A stretch of DNA of 64,000 nt from a virus: positions 64,001 through 128,000 of the IMG/VR virus record IMGVR_UViG_3300032073_005220; one strand, 5' to 3'. Under the pieces are notes generated by a model, which had not been told where the DNA came from, ran no database searches, and saw only the letters and a program-made list of their open reading frames with translations. Positions 16,856-26,368 of this stretch are shown here, piece by piece (position 1 is the first letter of the stretch; each line of letters begins with the position of its first letter). The translations under genes were made by a program, and so were the position numbers.

Positions 16856-19454
16856 TAAAATACCAGAAGATTTTGATTGGGAGTTTTATCTGGATTCTCA
16901 CCCAGATCTCATCAAAGCAGGTATTAATACAGAAAAATTGGCTCAATATCACTATGTTACTTATGGACATAAAGAAAACAGAATTTATAAAAAATCTCAA
17001 AATGAAATCTTAGGACACTTTGATAGGCATCAGGAGTCTGAAAATTCCAATATCGTGCTCTTCGTGCAGTGGTACGACGATCCTATTACACTAGAAAATA
17101 GAACTAAATGCTTACAACGGAACATTGAAAATCAACACATAGATTTTATAAACATATTCTATGAGCCAAACTCGCAATATTCTTTGTCTCGTGCAGCAAT
17201 AAATAATCCCAAAGTTGCTCTCATTGAGCTTGACGAAAGAATGAACTATGGTTTATGGATGGAATTTGCAGACAGAAATTATGCAAACAGCATTAAACTT
17301 TTATCTAATTCTGATATTTATTTTGACAACACCTTACAATTAGTTAAACAAGCTTCTTTCAGCGACAATAGAATACTAGCAATTACAAGGAAAGACGAGG
17401 ATTTAAACGGCAATATAGTTATTAGTAAAGAACGGTTTTCGAATGATGCAATAGACATTAATCCTCTCTATTCTCACGACTGCTGGATATATAAAGACAA
17501 AATCAAATCCATACAATACAATAACATTAAACTTAGTATAGGATATGAAAACTGCGACAGGATATTTAAACAGTATTGTCAAGAAAACAATATTGAGTTT
17601 ATTAATTTATTCCCCAATGTTAACGGAATTCATTTAGATCATAGATCTGAAAAAATAAGACCCGCTTACGATCTCAGCAAAGCACAAAAAATCGTTGAGG
17701 CAAACATAAAACTGCCAGAAATACTAGATAATCATGAAGATAATATAAAAAAAAAATTAATTCTATACACAACATACTATAAATCTAACAATACACAAAG
17801 ACAGCATGAGCTCGACATTGCATTAACAAAAAATATAAACAGCTCTTACTTTGCGAAAGTTTATATATTTCTAGACACAGGCGTAGAACTACCCAAATCT
17901 ATTCGAAATAAAAATTATGAAATTATTCATAGTAATGATAAACAATCTTATTTTGATTGGATATCTCACTCACAAAAGTATTTAAATGACACAGACATTT
18001 CGGTGTGGGGCCACACAGATATTGTGTTTAATGATACAATAAATATCTTATCTGATTATTTTACAGGAAAACCTACATTAGTTTGCTTAAGTAGATACGA
18101 GCAAAATCAACTATGTTCTGAACCCCATTGGTCTCAAGACACTTGGGCTTTTCAAGTTAAAGACATTAGAAATATCAAGTTTATTAATGACACAAAAATT
18201 AGGATGGGACATGCTAGATGCGACAACAAAATAGCCTTTGTTTTTGCTGTAAATGGTTGGGTTATGAAAAATCCTTGTTTTGATATTGTAACAGAACATA
18301 TTCATTATAGTCAACATAGATCCTATAAAATTAATGACGACGAAGTAGTGGGAGGTATGTGTTATATACATCCTTCTCGTGATCACAGCGTTTCTAAAAT
18401 AGATTATGCCATAGTCAATAAAAATCATAACCAAACATATAATGAGCATATTGCTATTTGGTCCTTAGAGATGTTAGACAAAACAAATAGTGTGGATATT
18501 GTTAAAAACTTTAAAACAATAGGGAGTATGTATAATAAAAATCATTTAATGGGAGGTTGGTCTACCGTTAATAATTTATTAGACAAATATCAAGAATCTA
18601 AAACTGCTAAGATTAACTTAGTAACATTTACTTGGGAGACTTTTTTATCAGGGCAATATGATGTGTTCGAACAACCTTGGATAGGAATAGATCATCTAGT
18701 AAATTTTGTACCGCAATATTATCGTAAAATTTCAAAAAATATATTACCTGAAAGTAATTTTTTTAATCGTATTCTACATAAAAGTAATGTATTAGAAAAT
18801 TGCAAAGGTATAATCTATACTTCAGATAGTACAAGATTGAATGGCCTTAATTGTAAATACACAAAACATATACCTAAATGCACCATTCATCATCCTGTTA
18901 TATTAGACCCAGAATCTAGACAATTCAATTTAGACGCGTATTTCAATAATAAAAATAAAAAACTTATTAATTTAGGTTGGTTCAATAGAAACTTTGGTTT
19001 TTTTGAAAGACTTAACATTCTTGACTTTGAAAAACTTTTTGTTTTTGGAGGCTTGTCTGGGTATAAAGGTTATGTTTTTACAGAAGACATGTATTATCAC
19101 GGTATTGATATGATTAGTACAGAAGTATCTGCTAGACTTTCTGATGAAGAGCTGAACAACCTTTTAAGCGAGAATTTGATATTCGTTAATTTATATGACT
19201 CTTCAGCTAATAATGCTATCATTAATTCTATTCAAAGAAATTGTCCAATAGTCATTAACAGGCTCGATGCTTGTGTAGAATATTTAGGCTCTGATTATCC
19301 ATTATATTACGACTACCCAGATGAAATACAAGACTTGTTGTCAGAAAGCTCTATAGCTTCTGCTCATGAATATTTAAAACAATTAGATGTTAATAGTTTT
19401 AGTATAGAAGCTTTTATAAGTAAAGTTAATAATTTCGTTGGAAAGGTATATTGA
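16848..19454 (+). CDS. Multidomain glycosyltransferase-like protein
   Basis: N-terminal FDWEFYL..HPDL...HY...G..E.R module; two tandem GT-A-like repeats (NSDIYFD/SHDCWIY/GYENCDR and HTDIVFN/SQDTWAF/GHARCDN); C-terminal GT-B-like LYDSSANNAI...VEYLGSDYPLYY. Confidence 0.65.
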   Translation: MRNKIPEDFDWEFYLDSHPDLIKAGINTEKLAQYHYVTYGHKENRIYKKSQNEILGHFDRHQESENSNIVLFVQWYDDPITLENRTKCLQRNIENQHIDFINIFYEPNSQYSLSRAAINNPKVALIELDERMNYGLWMEFADRNYANSIKLLSNSDIYFDNTLQLVKQASFSDNRILAITRKDEDLNGNIVISKERFSNDAIDINPLYSHDCWIYKDKIKSIQYNNIKLSIGYENCDRIFKQYCQENNIEFINLFPNVNGIHLDHRSEKIRPAYDLSKAQKIVEANIKLPEILDNHEDNIKKKLILYTTYYKSNNTQRQHELDIALTKNINSSYFAKVYIFLDTGVELPKSIRNKNYEIIHSNDKQSYFDWISHSQKYLNDTDISVWGHTDIVFNDTINILSDYFTGKPTLVCLSRYEQNQLCSEPHWSQDTWAFQVKDIRNIKFINDTKIRMGHARCDNKIAFVFAVNGWVMKNPCFDIVTEHIHYSQHRSYKINDDEVVGGMCYIHPSRDHSVSKIDYAIVNKNHNQTYNEHIAIWSLEMLDKTNSVDIVKNFKTIGSMYNKNHLMGGWSTVNNLLDKYQESKTAKINLVTFTWETFLSGQYDVFEQPWIGIDHLVNFVPQYYRKISKNILPESNFFNRILHKSNVLENCKGIIYTSDSTRLNGLNCKYTKHIPKCTIHHPVILDPESRQFNLDAYFNNKNKKLINLGWFNRNFGFFERLNILDFEKLFVFGGLSGYKGYVFTEDMYYHGIDMISTEVSARLSDEELNNLLSENLIFVNLYDSSANNAIINSIQRNCPIVINRLDACVEYLGSDYPLYYDYPDEIQDLLSESSIASAHEYLKQLDVNSFSIEAFISKVNNFVGKVY

Positions 19455-19455
19455 T

Positions 19456-21090
19456 ATGCTACCAACAAAGATATTATTGTTTAGTAATCCCAGACATGGC
19501 ACAACTTTTTTAATTGACAATATTAATAAGAATGAAAATATTAGGATGTGTTATGAGCTTTTGACTTTAGGAGAGGGTGTTGATAAGCACTATCATGAAT
19601 GCTTTACTAAAATTGTAGATAAACAAGCTTTAGATTTAGCAGACTGTGAGACGTATAACCAAGAAAGAAAACAAGATGAGACAAATTACTTTCAACATAT
19701 CTCTGAAAAGTTTAATGGTATTCAAAATATTAAAACTATAGGATATAAAATTTTTGCACAACAAATGGATGCTCCTTCAACGCAAAATAAAGTAATGTTA
19801 GAAAATGTCCTTGATCAATTTGACAAAGTTATATTTCTTGATAGAGATATGGTTTCTTATGCTTTTTCTTGGCTCAATGCAGGGAAATATGGATGGAGCG
19901 TGCTTAAGAGATCCTCGAAAGATACAAATTTAGTAGCTAGTACAAGAGACACGCAGGACATCGTCAGGCAAACTACGCATAAACATAAGCTTTTTGCAAT
20001 AGCTCATAAATACTTAGAAAAAAATAATATACCTTATTTAGATTTAAACTACAACGATTTAGATAAAGCTCCTGAATTATTGTCTAATTTTTTAAATACA
20101 GAAATACTATTTAAGAATAGTTTTAGACCCAATAAATATGACTATAAAACATTTTTAACTAATAATCCAGAATTAAGCAAAGCGGTCGATGATCAAAACA
20201 TTCTAATTGATTTAGAAAATACAACTGCTCCCCCAATGCCTGATTTTAAAAGACAAGACAATAAATTGGAGGCTATTAATGTTTTACATACGGGGAGCGA
20301 AGAAAGTTCTGAAGTAAATCATTTCGTAAATCAGATAATTAAATCTTTCGAATCCTGCGACTCAGACGCTAAGCTTGCTAAGAATATAGATCTAAATATA
20401 GCCACATCTTCTAATTCTATATTGAATTTTAGCACAGAACATATTGATATGCTCAAGGGCTTTTTCAGGAATGTCAATGTTTCAACCATACAAATTCCAC
20501 AAAATAAAGATTTTTATTTTAATGAAATGCCTGACAATTTAGATGATATTAGTTTAGAATATGGATTAAAGTCTGGTCCTAACTATGTGTTTTTTCGTTG
20601 CATGGATTTAATGAAAAACTATAATACTTGTTTGTTTTTAGAAATAGACACATACTTAAAAAATAATTGGCTTTCAGCAATAGCTAAGTATGTAAATAGT
20701 TGTGGCAATTTTTGGATTAGCGGACCTGCATATAGCGGTAATGCTGGAATAGTTGATCCTGATTTTTTGCTTAGTCATCATATTAACGGAGGAACATGTA
20801 TATACAATACAGGAAATCATAATTTTCAAGCCTTCATACAATGGTGCGAAAAACTATTTCCTATATTAACAAAAAATAGTCCAAAATTGCCTTATGATTA
20901 TTTAATACCTGTGCTCTATTTAATATATGTAAATTGCCACCATAAGGAAAGTTGGAGAATTGTTCAACTAGCTAAGCAAAATTATATCTACAATAACTTA
21001 ATATGCAATTTAAGCTTACCGGAAGATGTTAGTGAAACAAAAAATCCTATTCCGGGTTATATCATACATGAAAAATTAAAACTTGACTAA
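19456..21090 (+). CDS. Stf0-like sulfotransferase domain fused to a GT-like domain
   Basis: LLFSNPRHGTTFL (5'-PSB loop-like), GYKIF, KVIFLDR...SW, LNYNDL; C-terminal LEIDT...HINGG. ATG 19456 preferred over TTG 19438. Confidence 0.6.
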   Translation: MLPTKILLFSNPRHGTTFLIDNINKNENIRMCYELLTLGEGVDKHYHECFTKIVDKQALDLADCETYNQERKQDETNYFQHISEKFNGIQNIKTIGYKIFAQQMDAPSTQNKVMLENVLDQFDKVIFLDRDMVSYAFSWLNAGKYGWSVLKRSSKDTNLVASTRDTQDIVRQTTHKHKLFAIAHKYLEKNNIPYLDLNYNDLDKAPELLSNFLNTEILFKNSFRPNKYDYKTFLTNNPELSKAVDDQNILIDLENTTAPPMPDFKRQDNKLEAINVLHTGSEESSEVNHFVNQIIKSFESCDSDAKLAKNIDLNIATSSNSILNFSTEHIDMLKGFFRNVNVSTIQIPQNKDFYFNEMPDNLDDISLEYGLKSGPNYVFFRCMDLMKNYNTCLFLEIDTYLKNNWLSAIAKYVNSCGNFWISGPAYSGNAGIVDPDFLLSHHINGGTCIYNTGNHNFQAFIQWCEKLFPILTKNSPKLPYDYLIPVLYLIYVNCHHKESWRIVQLAKQNYIYNNLICNLSLPEDVSETKNPIPGYIIHEKLKLD

Positions 21091-21111
21091 CTACTCACCA
21101 TCAGATATCAT
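21083..21111 (+). promoter_or_regulatory. Sigma70-type promoter, probably producing a leaderless mRNA
   Basis: TTGACT (21083)-17 nt-TATCAT (21106); ATG at 21118 with no Shine-Dalgarno. Confidence 0.6.
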
Positions 21112-21117
21112 AATAGT

Positions 21118-21579
21118 ATGAGACCTAACTGGATAGATTATTTTTTAGGATTAGCAAAAGTTGTTTCTCAACGTAGTCACGACATACATACACAACATGG
21201 TTGTATTATTACAGATAGAGATAATCTTATTTTAGGTACTGGCTATAATGGTTTTCCTAGAAATATCGACGATACAATACTTCCAACATCTCGTCCAGAA
21301 AAATATGCTTGGATGATTCATGCTGAACGAAACGCACTTTCTAGTTGTACCCACAAACCTACTAACGGCATCGCTTATGTCACCGGACAATGTTGTAATG
21401 ATTGCATCATGTCTTTATGGCAAGCTGGTGTTTCTAAGGTCGTTATGGCTAACAGCCACGGAACTAAATTATTTGATGAACAAGCACAAAAAAGATTTGA
21501 TCTATTTGTGGAATTAACAGGAATAGAAATTGTAAGACATACACCAAATTTTTCGTGGATTAAAAAAATAGATTTTTAA
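21118..21579 (+). CDS. dCMP deaminase
   Basis: RPNW.DYFL.LA..VSQRS, GYNGFP, HAERNA, CCNDC zinc motif. Confidence 0.9.
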   Translation: MRPNWIDYFLGLAKVVSQRSHDIHTQHGCIITDRDNLILGTGYNGFPRNIDDTILPTSRPEKYAWMIHAERNALSSCTHKPTNGIAYVTGQCCNDCIMSLWQAGVSKVVMANSHGTKLFDEQAQKRFDLFVELTGIEIVRHTPNFSWIKKIDF

Positions 21580-21605
21580 AATCAAAATCAGGAGTAAAAG
21601 TTTGT

Positions 21606-21620
21606 GGTGTATTATAAAAA
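21606..21620 (+). promoter_or_regulatory. Intergenic GGTGTA motif upstream of nrdJ
   Basis: GGTGTATTATAAAAA within a 153-nt intergenic gap. Confidence 0.4.
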
Positions 21621-21732
21621 TAACAACGTAATAAAATGGCCTTGCATACTCTAACCAATGATTTATCATAAATTATGAACGAATCAATTCTTTCCATACA
21701 GGCCAATTCTTTTTAATTTTATAGGAGCTAGG

Positions 21733-23931
21733 ATGTCGGCATTAAATGAACTTCAAAATTATACCTTTGTTAGTAAATACGCCCGTTGGATCGAATCAGA
21801 GAACAGAAGAGAAACTTGGAAAGAAGCAGTAGATCGAGTCAGGAATATGATGCACACATATTATTCTGATAAAAATATCTCAGAAGAGATAGATTGGGCT
21901 TATGACATTATGTTTAAGAAAAAGGTACTGGGTAGCCAAAGAGCTTTACAGTTCGGAGGAGAACCCATATTAAAGCGTCACGCCAAAATATATAACTGTA
22001 CCAGCTCTTATTGCGATAGGTTAAGATTCTTCCAGGAATGTTTCTGGTTACTTCTATGTGGTAGTGGTACTGGCTTTAGTGTACAAAAACATCATGTGTC
22101 TAAACTTCCAACTTTGTCTCATCAAAAAAAAGACAAAAGAAAAGGTGTAAAGTATAAAATAGAAGACAGCATAGAAGGTTGGTCTGATGCTTTAGGTATT
22201 TTACTAAGTTCTTACTTCACAAAACCTGCTGAAGAAAAATTTAAAAAATATAAAGATCAATATATAGTTTTTGATTATAGTAATATTAGAGAGAAAGGTT
22301 CTAAGTTATCTTCCGGGGTTGGCAAAGCTCCTGGTTTTGAGCCTTTACAAAATGGTTTGGAAAAAATTAGAGAATTATTGGAGAGTTGCATTGAAAACAA
22401 ACAAAAAAAATTACGACCGATCGATGCTTATGATATTATTATGCACAGCAGCGATGCTGTACTATCTGGTGGTGTTCGTAGAAGTGCGTCATTAGCACTA
22501 TTCAGCGCAGATGATGAAGACATGGCCAAAGCCAAAACAGGCAATTGGTACGTGGATAATCCTCAAAGAGCAAGAAGTAATAATTCTGCTTTACTTATCA
22601 AAGACGATACTAGCTACGAACAGTTTGCAGAACTTATGGAATCTGTTAAGGAATTTGGAGAGCCGGGTTTTATTTGGAGTGATTCCAAAGAAATGACTTT
22701 CAATCCTTGCGTTGAAGTAGGAATGTGGCCTGTTGATGAAAAAACAGGTAAATCAGGATGGCAAGGCTGTAATCTTTCTACTATCAATTGTTCTTCCGTT
22801 ATAGACGAAGCAGATTTTTATGAAAGATGTAAAGCTGCTGCAATCATTGGAACACTACAAGCTGGGTTCACAGACTTAGAATATCTAGGAAAAACAACAA
22901 ACGCTATTTTTGAACGAGAAGCTTTATTAGGTGTTTCTCTAACTGGAATTATGGAAAAACACGAATTGGTATTAACAGAAAAAGTTCTAAAAAAAGGAGC
23001 TAAGATTGCTGTTGATACCAACAAGGAGTTCGCTCAGAAAATCTGCATTAATCAAGCTGCCAGAGTCACATGCCTAAAACCTGAAGGCACTTCAAGCTCT
23101 ATGCTGGGAACGTCGTCAGGTATTCACCCTCATCATGCAAAAAGATATATTAGACATGTACAAGCTAATATCCTAGAACCTCCATATCAATATTTTAAAA
23201 GCTATAATCCCTTAGCTTGTGAAAAATCATCATGGTCTGCAAATGATACAGACGAAGTAGTAAAATTCCCTATAGAAGTACCTGATGGGTCAAAACTAAA
23301 AAACCAACTACCTGCGGTAGAAATGTTGGGTGTTGTTAAAGACGCTCAGAAGAATTGGGTTCATTCTGGTAAAAACAGATCTTTATGTACTCAAGACTTT
23401 TTAAGTCATAATGTCAGCAATACAGTGACAGTACAACCGGATGAATGGGAGGCTGTTACTAAATTCATTTATAACAATAGAAAGTTTTTTGCTGGAATTA
23501 GTTTAATCCCACAGAGTGGAGACAAGGATTATCCTCAAGCTCCTTTTACCACAGTATATACCAGTAGAGAAATCGTTAAAGAATATGGCGATGCTGGGTT
23601 ATGGTGTTCAGGTTTGATTGAGTTAGGCTTAAATGCTTTTGACAACAATTTATGGGCAGCGTGTGACTATATCACATTAAATCAATCAACAGATAAAGAC
23701 ACCGAAGACAAAAAATTATTTGCGATTAAGATGCATAGATTTGCTAAAAAATATTTCGATGGAGATTTTAAGAGACTAACGTATTGTATGAAAGACGTAT
23801 ATAATTGGAAAATTTATACTGATTTATATGAGAGTTTTAGTAAGGTGGATTATACACAACTATTAGAAACAGAGGATAATACCGTAGGAATAGAGGAAAT
23901 CAGTTGTGCAGGTGGTGCATGTCTTATTTGA
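21733..23931 (+). CDS. nrdJ: Class II (adenosylcobalamin-dependent) ribonucleotide reductase
   Basis: YNCT, GSGTGF, GGVRRSA, RSNNS, FNPCVEV, GCNL, KPEGT and C-terminal CAGGAC; no ATP-cone and no beta-subunit gene nearby. Confidence 0.88.
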   Translation: MSALNELQNYTFVSKYARWIESENRRETWKEAVDRVRNMMHTYYSDKNISEEIDWAYDIMFKKKVLGSQRALQFGGEPILKRHAKIYNCTSSYCDRLRFFQECFWLLLCGSGTGFSVQKHHVSKLPTLSHQKKDKRKGVKYKIEDSIEGWSDALGILLSSYFTKPAEEKFKKYKDQYIVFDYSNIREKGSKLSSGVGKAPGFEPLQNGLEKIRELLESCIENKQKKLRPIDAYDIIMHSSDAVLSGGVRRSASLALFSADDEDMAKAKTGNWYVDNPQRARSNNSALLIKDDTSYEQFAELMESVKEFGEPGFIWSDSKEMTFNPCVEVGMWPVDEKTGKSGWQGCNLSTINCSSVIDEADFYERCKAAAIIGTLQAGFTDLEYLGKTTNAIFEREALLGVSLTGIMEKHELVLTEKVLKKGAKIAVDTNKEFAQKICINQAARVTCLKPEGTSSSMLGTSSGIHPHHAKRYIRHVQANILEPPYQYFKSYNPLACEKSSWSANDTDEVVKFPIEVPDGSKLKNQLPAVEMLGVVKDAQKNWVHSGKNRSLCTQDFLSHNVSNTVTVQPDEWEAVTKFIYNNRKFFAGISLIPQSGDKDYPQAPFTTVYTSREIVKEYGDAGLWCSGLIELGLNAFDNNLWAACDYITLNQSTDKDTEDKKLFAIKMHRFAKKYFDGDFKRLTYCMKDVYNWKIYTDLYESFSKVDYTQLLETEDNTVGIEEISCAGGACLI

Positions 23932-23955
23932 TTTCATTCCTAGAAGGGTACAACT

Positions 23956-24687
23956 TTGAGAAAAAAACAAAAGAATGGAACTCGTAAAGGGTCCATAAAG
24001 CTAGATAGCAATAAAATTAATCCAGAAGAAATTGTTGTAGGATTTAAAAACAGATTAAAACCTAGAACGATTAATCAAAAAAACTATATCAGAACTGTAG
24101 CAGAAAATACTATTACTTTCTGTCAAGGTGTTCCGGGTAGTGGTAAAACACATATAGCTATAGGTATGGCCCTAGAATATCTCATAGATGACAAGGTTGA
24201 AAAAATTGTAATTACAAGACCTGTTGTAGAAGCTGGAGAAAGACTAGGGTTTTTACCTGGATCAGCAGAGGATAAGTTACATCCGTATCTTTTGCCTCTG
24301 TTCGATGAAATTAATTACTTTTTACAAATGCAACATTATGCCAAACTCAAAGTAGGTAAAAGAATAGAAGTAGTTCCTTTAGGGCTAATGAGAGGTAGAA
24401 GTTTCCATAATGCTTTTATAGTTGCTGATGAGTGCCAGAATGCCTCATACGATCAACTAAAAATGTTATTAACTAGAATAGGTATGGACAGCAAGATGAT
24501 CTTAACAGGAGATGTCGCGCAATCAGATTTACAATTCGACAGACAGGGAGGCTTTCTGAGATTAATGCAGGTATTAGAAGGGGTGAATGGATTAGGTATA
24601 GCTGAATTAGAATCTACCGATATTGTAAGAAATGAAATAATATCTCGCGTTATATCTCGACTAGATGAGTATGAGAATAGACCATAA
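23956..24687 (+). CDS. phoH: PhoH-family ATPase
   Basis: GVPGSGKT, ITRPVVEAGERLGFLPG, MRGRSF, DECQN, LTRIG, GDVAQSD. Confidence 0.95.
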   Translation: MRKKQKNGTRKGSIKLDSNKINPEEIVVGFKNRLKPRTINQKNYIRTVAENTITFCQGVPGSGKTHIAIGMALEYLIDDKVEKIVITRPVVEAGERLGFLPGSAEDKLHPYLLPLFDEINYFLQMQHYAKLKVGKRIEVVPLGLMRGRSFHNAFIVADECQNASYDQLKMLLTRIGMDSKMILTGDVAQSDLQFDRQGGFLRLMQVLEGVNGLGIAELESTDIVRNEIISRVISRLDEYENRP

Positions 24688-25240
24688 ACCTTGCTTAGTG
24701 TTAAATGCTGATTACAGTCCTGTAGCCATTGTGGATTGGCAGAGAGCTATTGTTTGGGCGTATAGGCTCAAAAATAGACCTGAAGGTATCTCTATGGATA
24801 TTGTAGAGTATTATAAAACAGATTTTATAAAAAGCAGTAATGACAAGGTTATATTACCAGCTGTAATAAAAATAAAAAACTATTTAAAATTACATAAACA
24901 TTCTGTTAATTTTTCTAGAAAAAATTTATTTATTAGAGACAACTATACCTGCCAATACTGCAATCGTCAATATTCTCAACAAGAATTAACCTATGATCAT
25001 GTTATACCAAAATCTCAATGGATTTCTAAGAATACCTCTCCTACCACTTGGACAAATATAGTCACAGCATGTGCTAAATGCAATCTAAGGAAAAGCAATA
25101 AAACTCCACAACAAGCAAAAATGAAGCTACAAAATAAACCAATTAGACCATTTAGTACCCACAAGTACTTGCATGTTACATCTAAGCTTTCTATTATGAA
25201 AGATAAGATACCAGAAGAGTGGAAAATTTATACAGGATAA
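24665..25240 (+). CDS. HNH endonuclease (McrA-like)
   Basis: LVLNADYSP, RDNYTCQYC, TYDHVIPKS, WTNIVTACAKCN. Confidence 0.9.
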   Translation: MSMRIDHKPCLVLNADYSPVAIVDWQRAIVWAYRLKNRPEGISMDIVEYYKTDFIKSSNDKVILPAVIKIKNYLKLHKHSVNFSRKNLFIRDNYTCQYCNRQYSQQELTYDHVIPKSQWISKNTSPTTWTNIVTACAKCNLRKSNKTPQQAKMKLQNKPIRPFSTHKYLHVTSKLSIMKDKIPEEWKIYTG

Positions 25241-25245
25241 CCCAA

Positions 25246-25668
25246 ATGAGAATTGATCCAAGCGAGTTTGTCTCTGATAACTCTAAGAATGAACAAAAAA
25301 CAGAACGCTTATATTGTGCCTTAGGTTCCGAAGATTTTGTAGATAAAGACGGCTTTCCTAGGCTTGAACTAGAAACAGAAAGCCTATGCGCTAAGGCGCT
25401 ACCCGATAAACCTACCAAGCATTTCGGAGATAAAAGAGGTAATGATTATAGGTATTACATAAGGATGGATGCAGATCAAGAACTTTTTAATCCAATACAG
25501 ATATTATCTACAGTTAAAGATAAAAAGAACAATCACTTTATAAATTCTACATGCAAAAGCACAAAAGACTTTAAAGAAGTATCTCCTTCTATATTTGATA
25601 AATATACCAAGTATTTAAAATCAAAAGATTTAAGATGGCTAAAAGAAGCTCAAAGAGAATTAGTATAA
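25246..25668 (+). CDS. Hypothetical protein, paralog of 26361..26708
   Basis: Shared motifs with the paralog: AK, LxNP, FxxxTCK, FxxYxxxLKxKxLxWLxxAxRE. Confidence 0.65.
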   Translation: MRIDPSEFVSDNSKNEQKTERLYCALGSEDFVDKDGFPRLELETESLCAKALPDKPTKHFGDKRGNDYRYYIRMDADQELFNPIQILSTVKDKKNNHFINSTCKSTKDFKEVSPSIFDKYTKYLKSKDLRWLKEAQRELV

Positions 25669-26012
25669 TGCCAGAATATACCTTTATTTGCGATGATTGT
25701 GGGGAAATATTTAGCATAGTCTCTTCTATTGCTGAATATACAGACAAACAATTATGCACTTTATGTCAATCAAACAACACAAATAGATATTACCAACAAG
25801 ATTTAGCGAACATGAGAGGTTCTGTTATTAAGGCAGACTCTGAACTTAAAACTATTGGGGATTTAGCCAATAGAAATAGAGACAAGATGAGCGAGGACCA
25901 TAAACAAGCTTTGTTCAAAAAACATAATGCTTATAGAGAAAACGCCCCAGAAATGCCTCTACCAAAAGATATGAAAAGAATAAAGAAAACCAAGGGTATA
26001 AAATGGACATAG
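25668..26012 (+). CDS. FmdB-family zinc-ribbon protein
   Basis: MPEYTFICDDCG...CTLC; start at the TAATG overlap 25668. Confidence 0.8.
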   Translation: MPEYTFICDDCGEIFSIVSSIAEYTDKQLCTLCQSNNTNRYYQQDLANMRGSVIKADSELKTIGDLANRNRDKMSEDHKQALFKKHNAYRENAPEMPLPKDMKRIKKTKGIKWT

Positions 26013-26368
26013 ATAACAAGACGAATGCCGAATCTATTATGAAGTCATTAAAAGAGGCAGATATACCTCAAGATATAATAGACTCAATAGGTACAGCATA
26101 TGCTCAAAATGGTTTCTCGGATCTAGTAGATACTTCTGCCGATAAATTAATAGATTGTCCTAGAGAAATAGTGTTTAAGGTAGAAGGTACTGTACTAAAC
26201 CAAAGTGACGAAGGAGAAATTGTGGGATCAGAATTTATTTTTGATCAATCCTATCATATTCCTGTCCCCTCCGGCATAAATTATAAAGATTCTATGAATG
26301 CATTTTTAAATCATTTTACATCTAGTCTAGAACAAACAGCAAAAGAGCTTTGGAGAAATAATGTCTGA
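26003..26368 (+). CDS. Hypothetical protein
   Basis: 121-aa ORF overlapping both neighbours. Confidence 0.6.
   Translation: MDIDNKTNAESIMKSLKEADIPQDIIDSIGTAYAQNGFSDLVDTSADKLIDCPREIVFKVEGTVLNQSDEGEIVGSEFIFDQSYHIPVPSGINYKDSMNAFLNHFTSSLEQTAKELWRNNV

Noticed and set aside
21580-21732. Cobalamin riboswitch upstream of nrdJ
   Set aside because: No recognisable B12-box or GGGAA core; the region is short and AT-rich.
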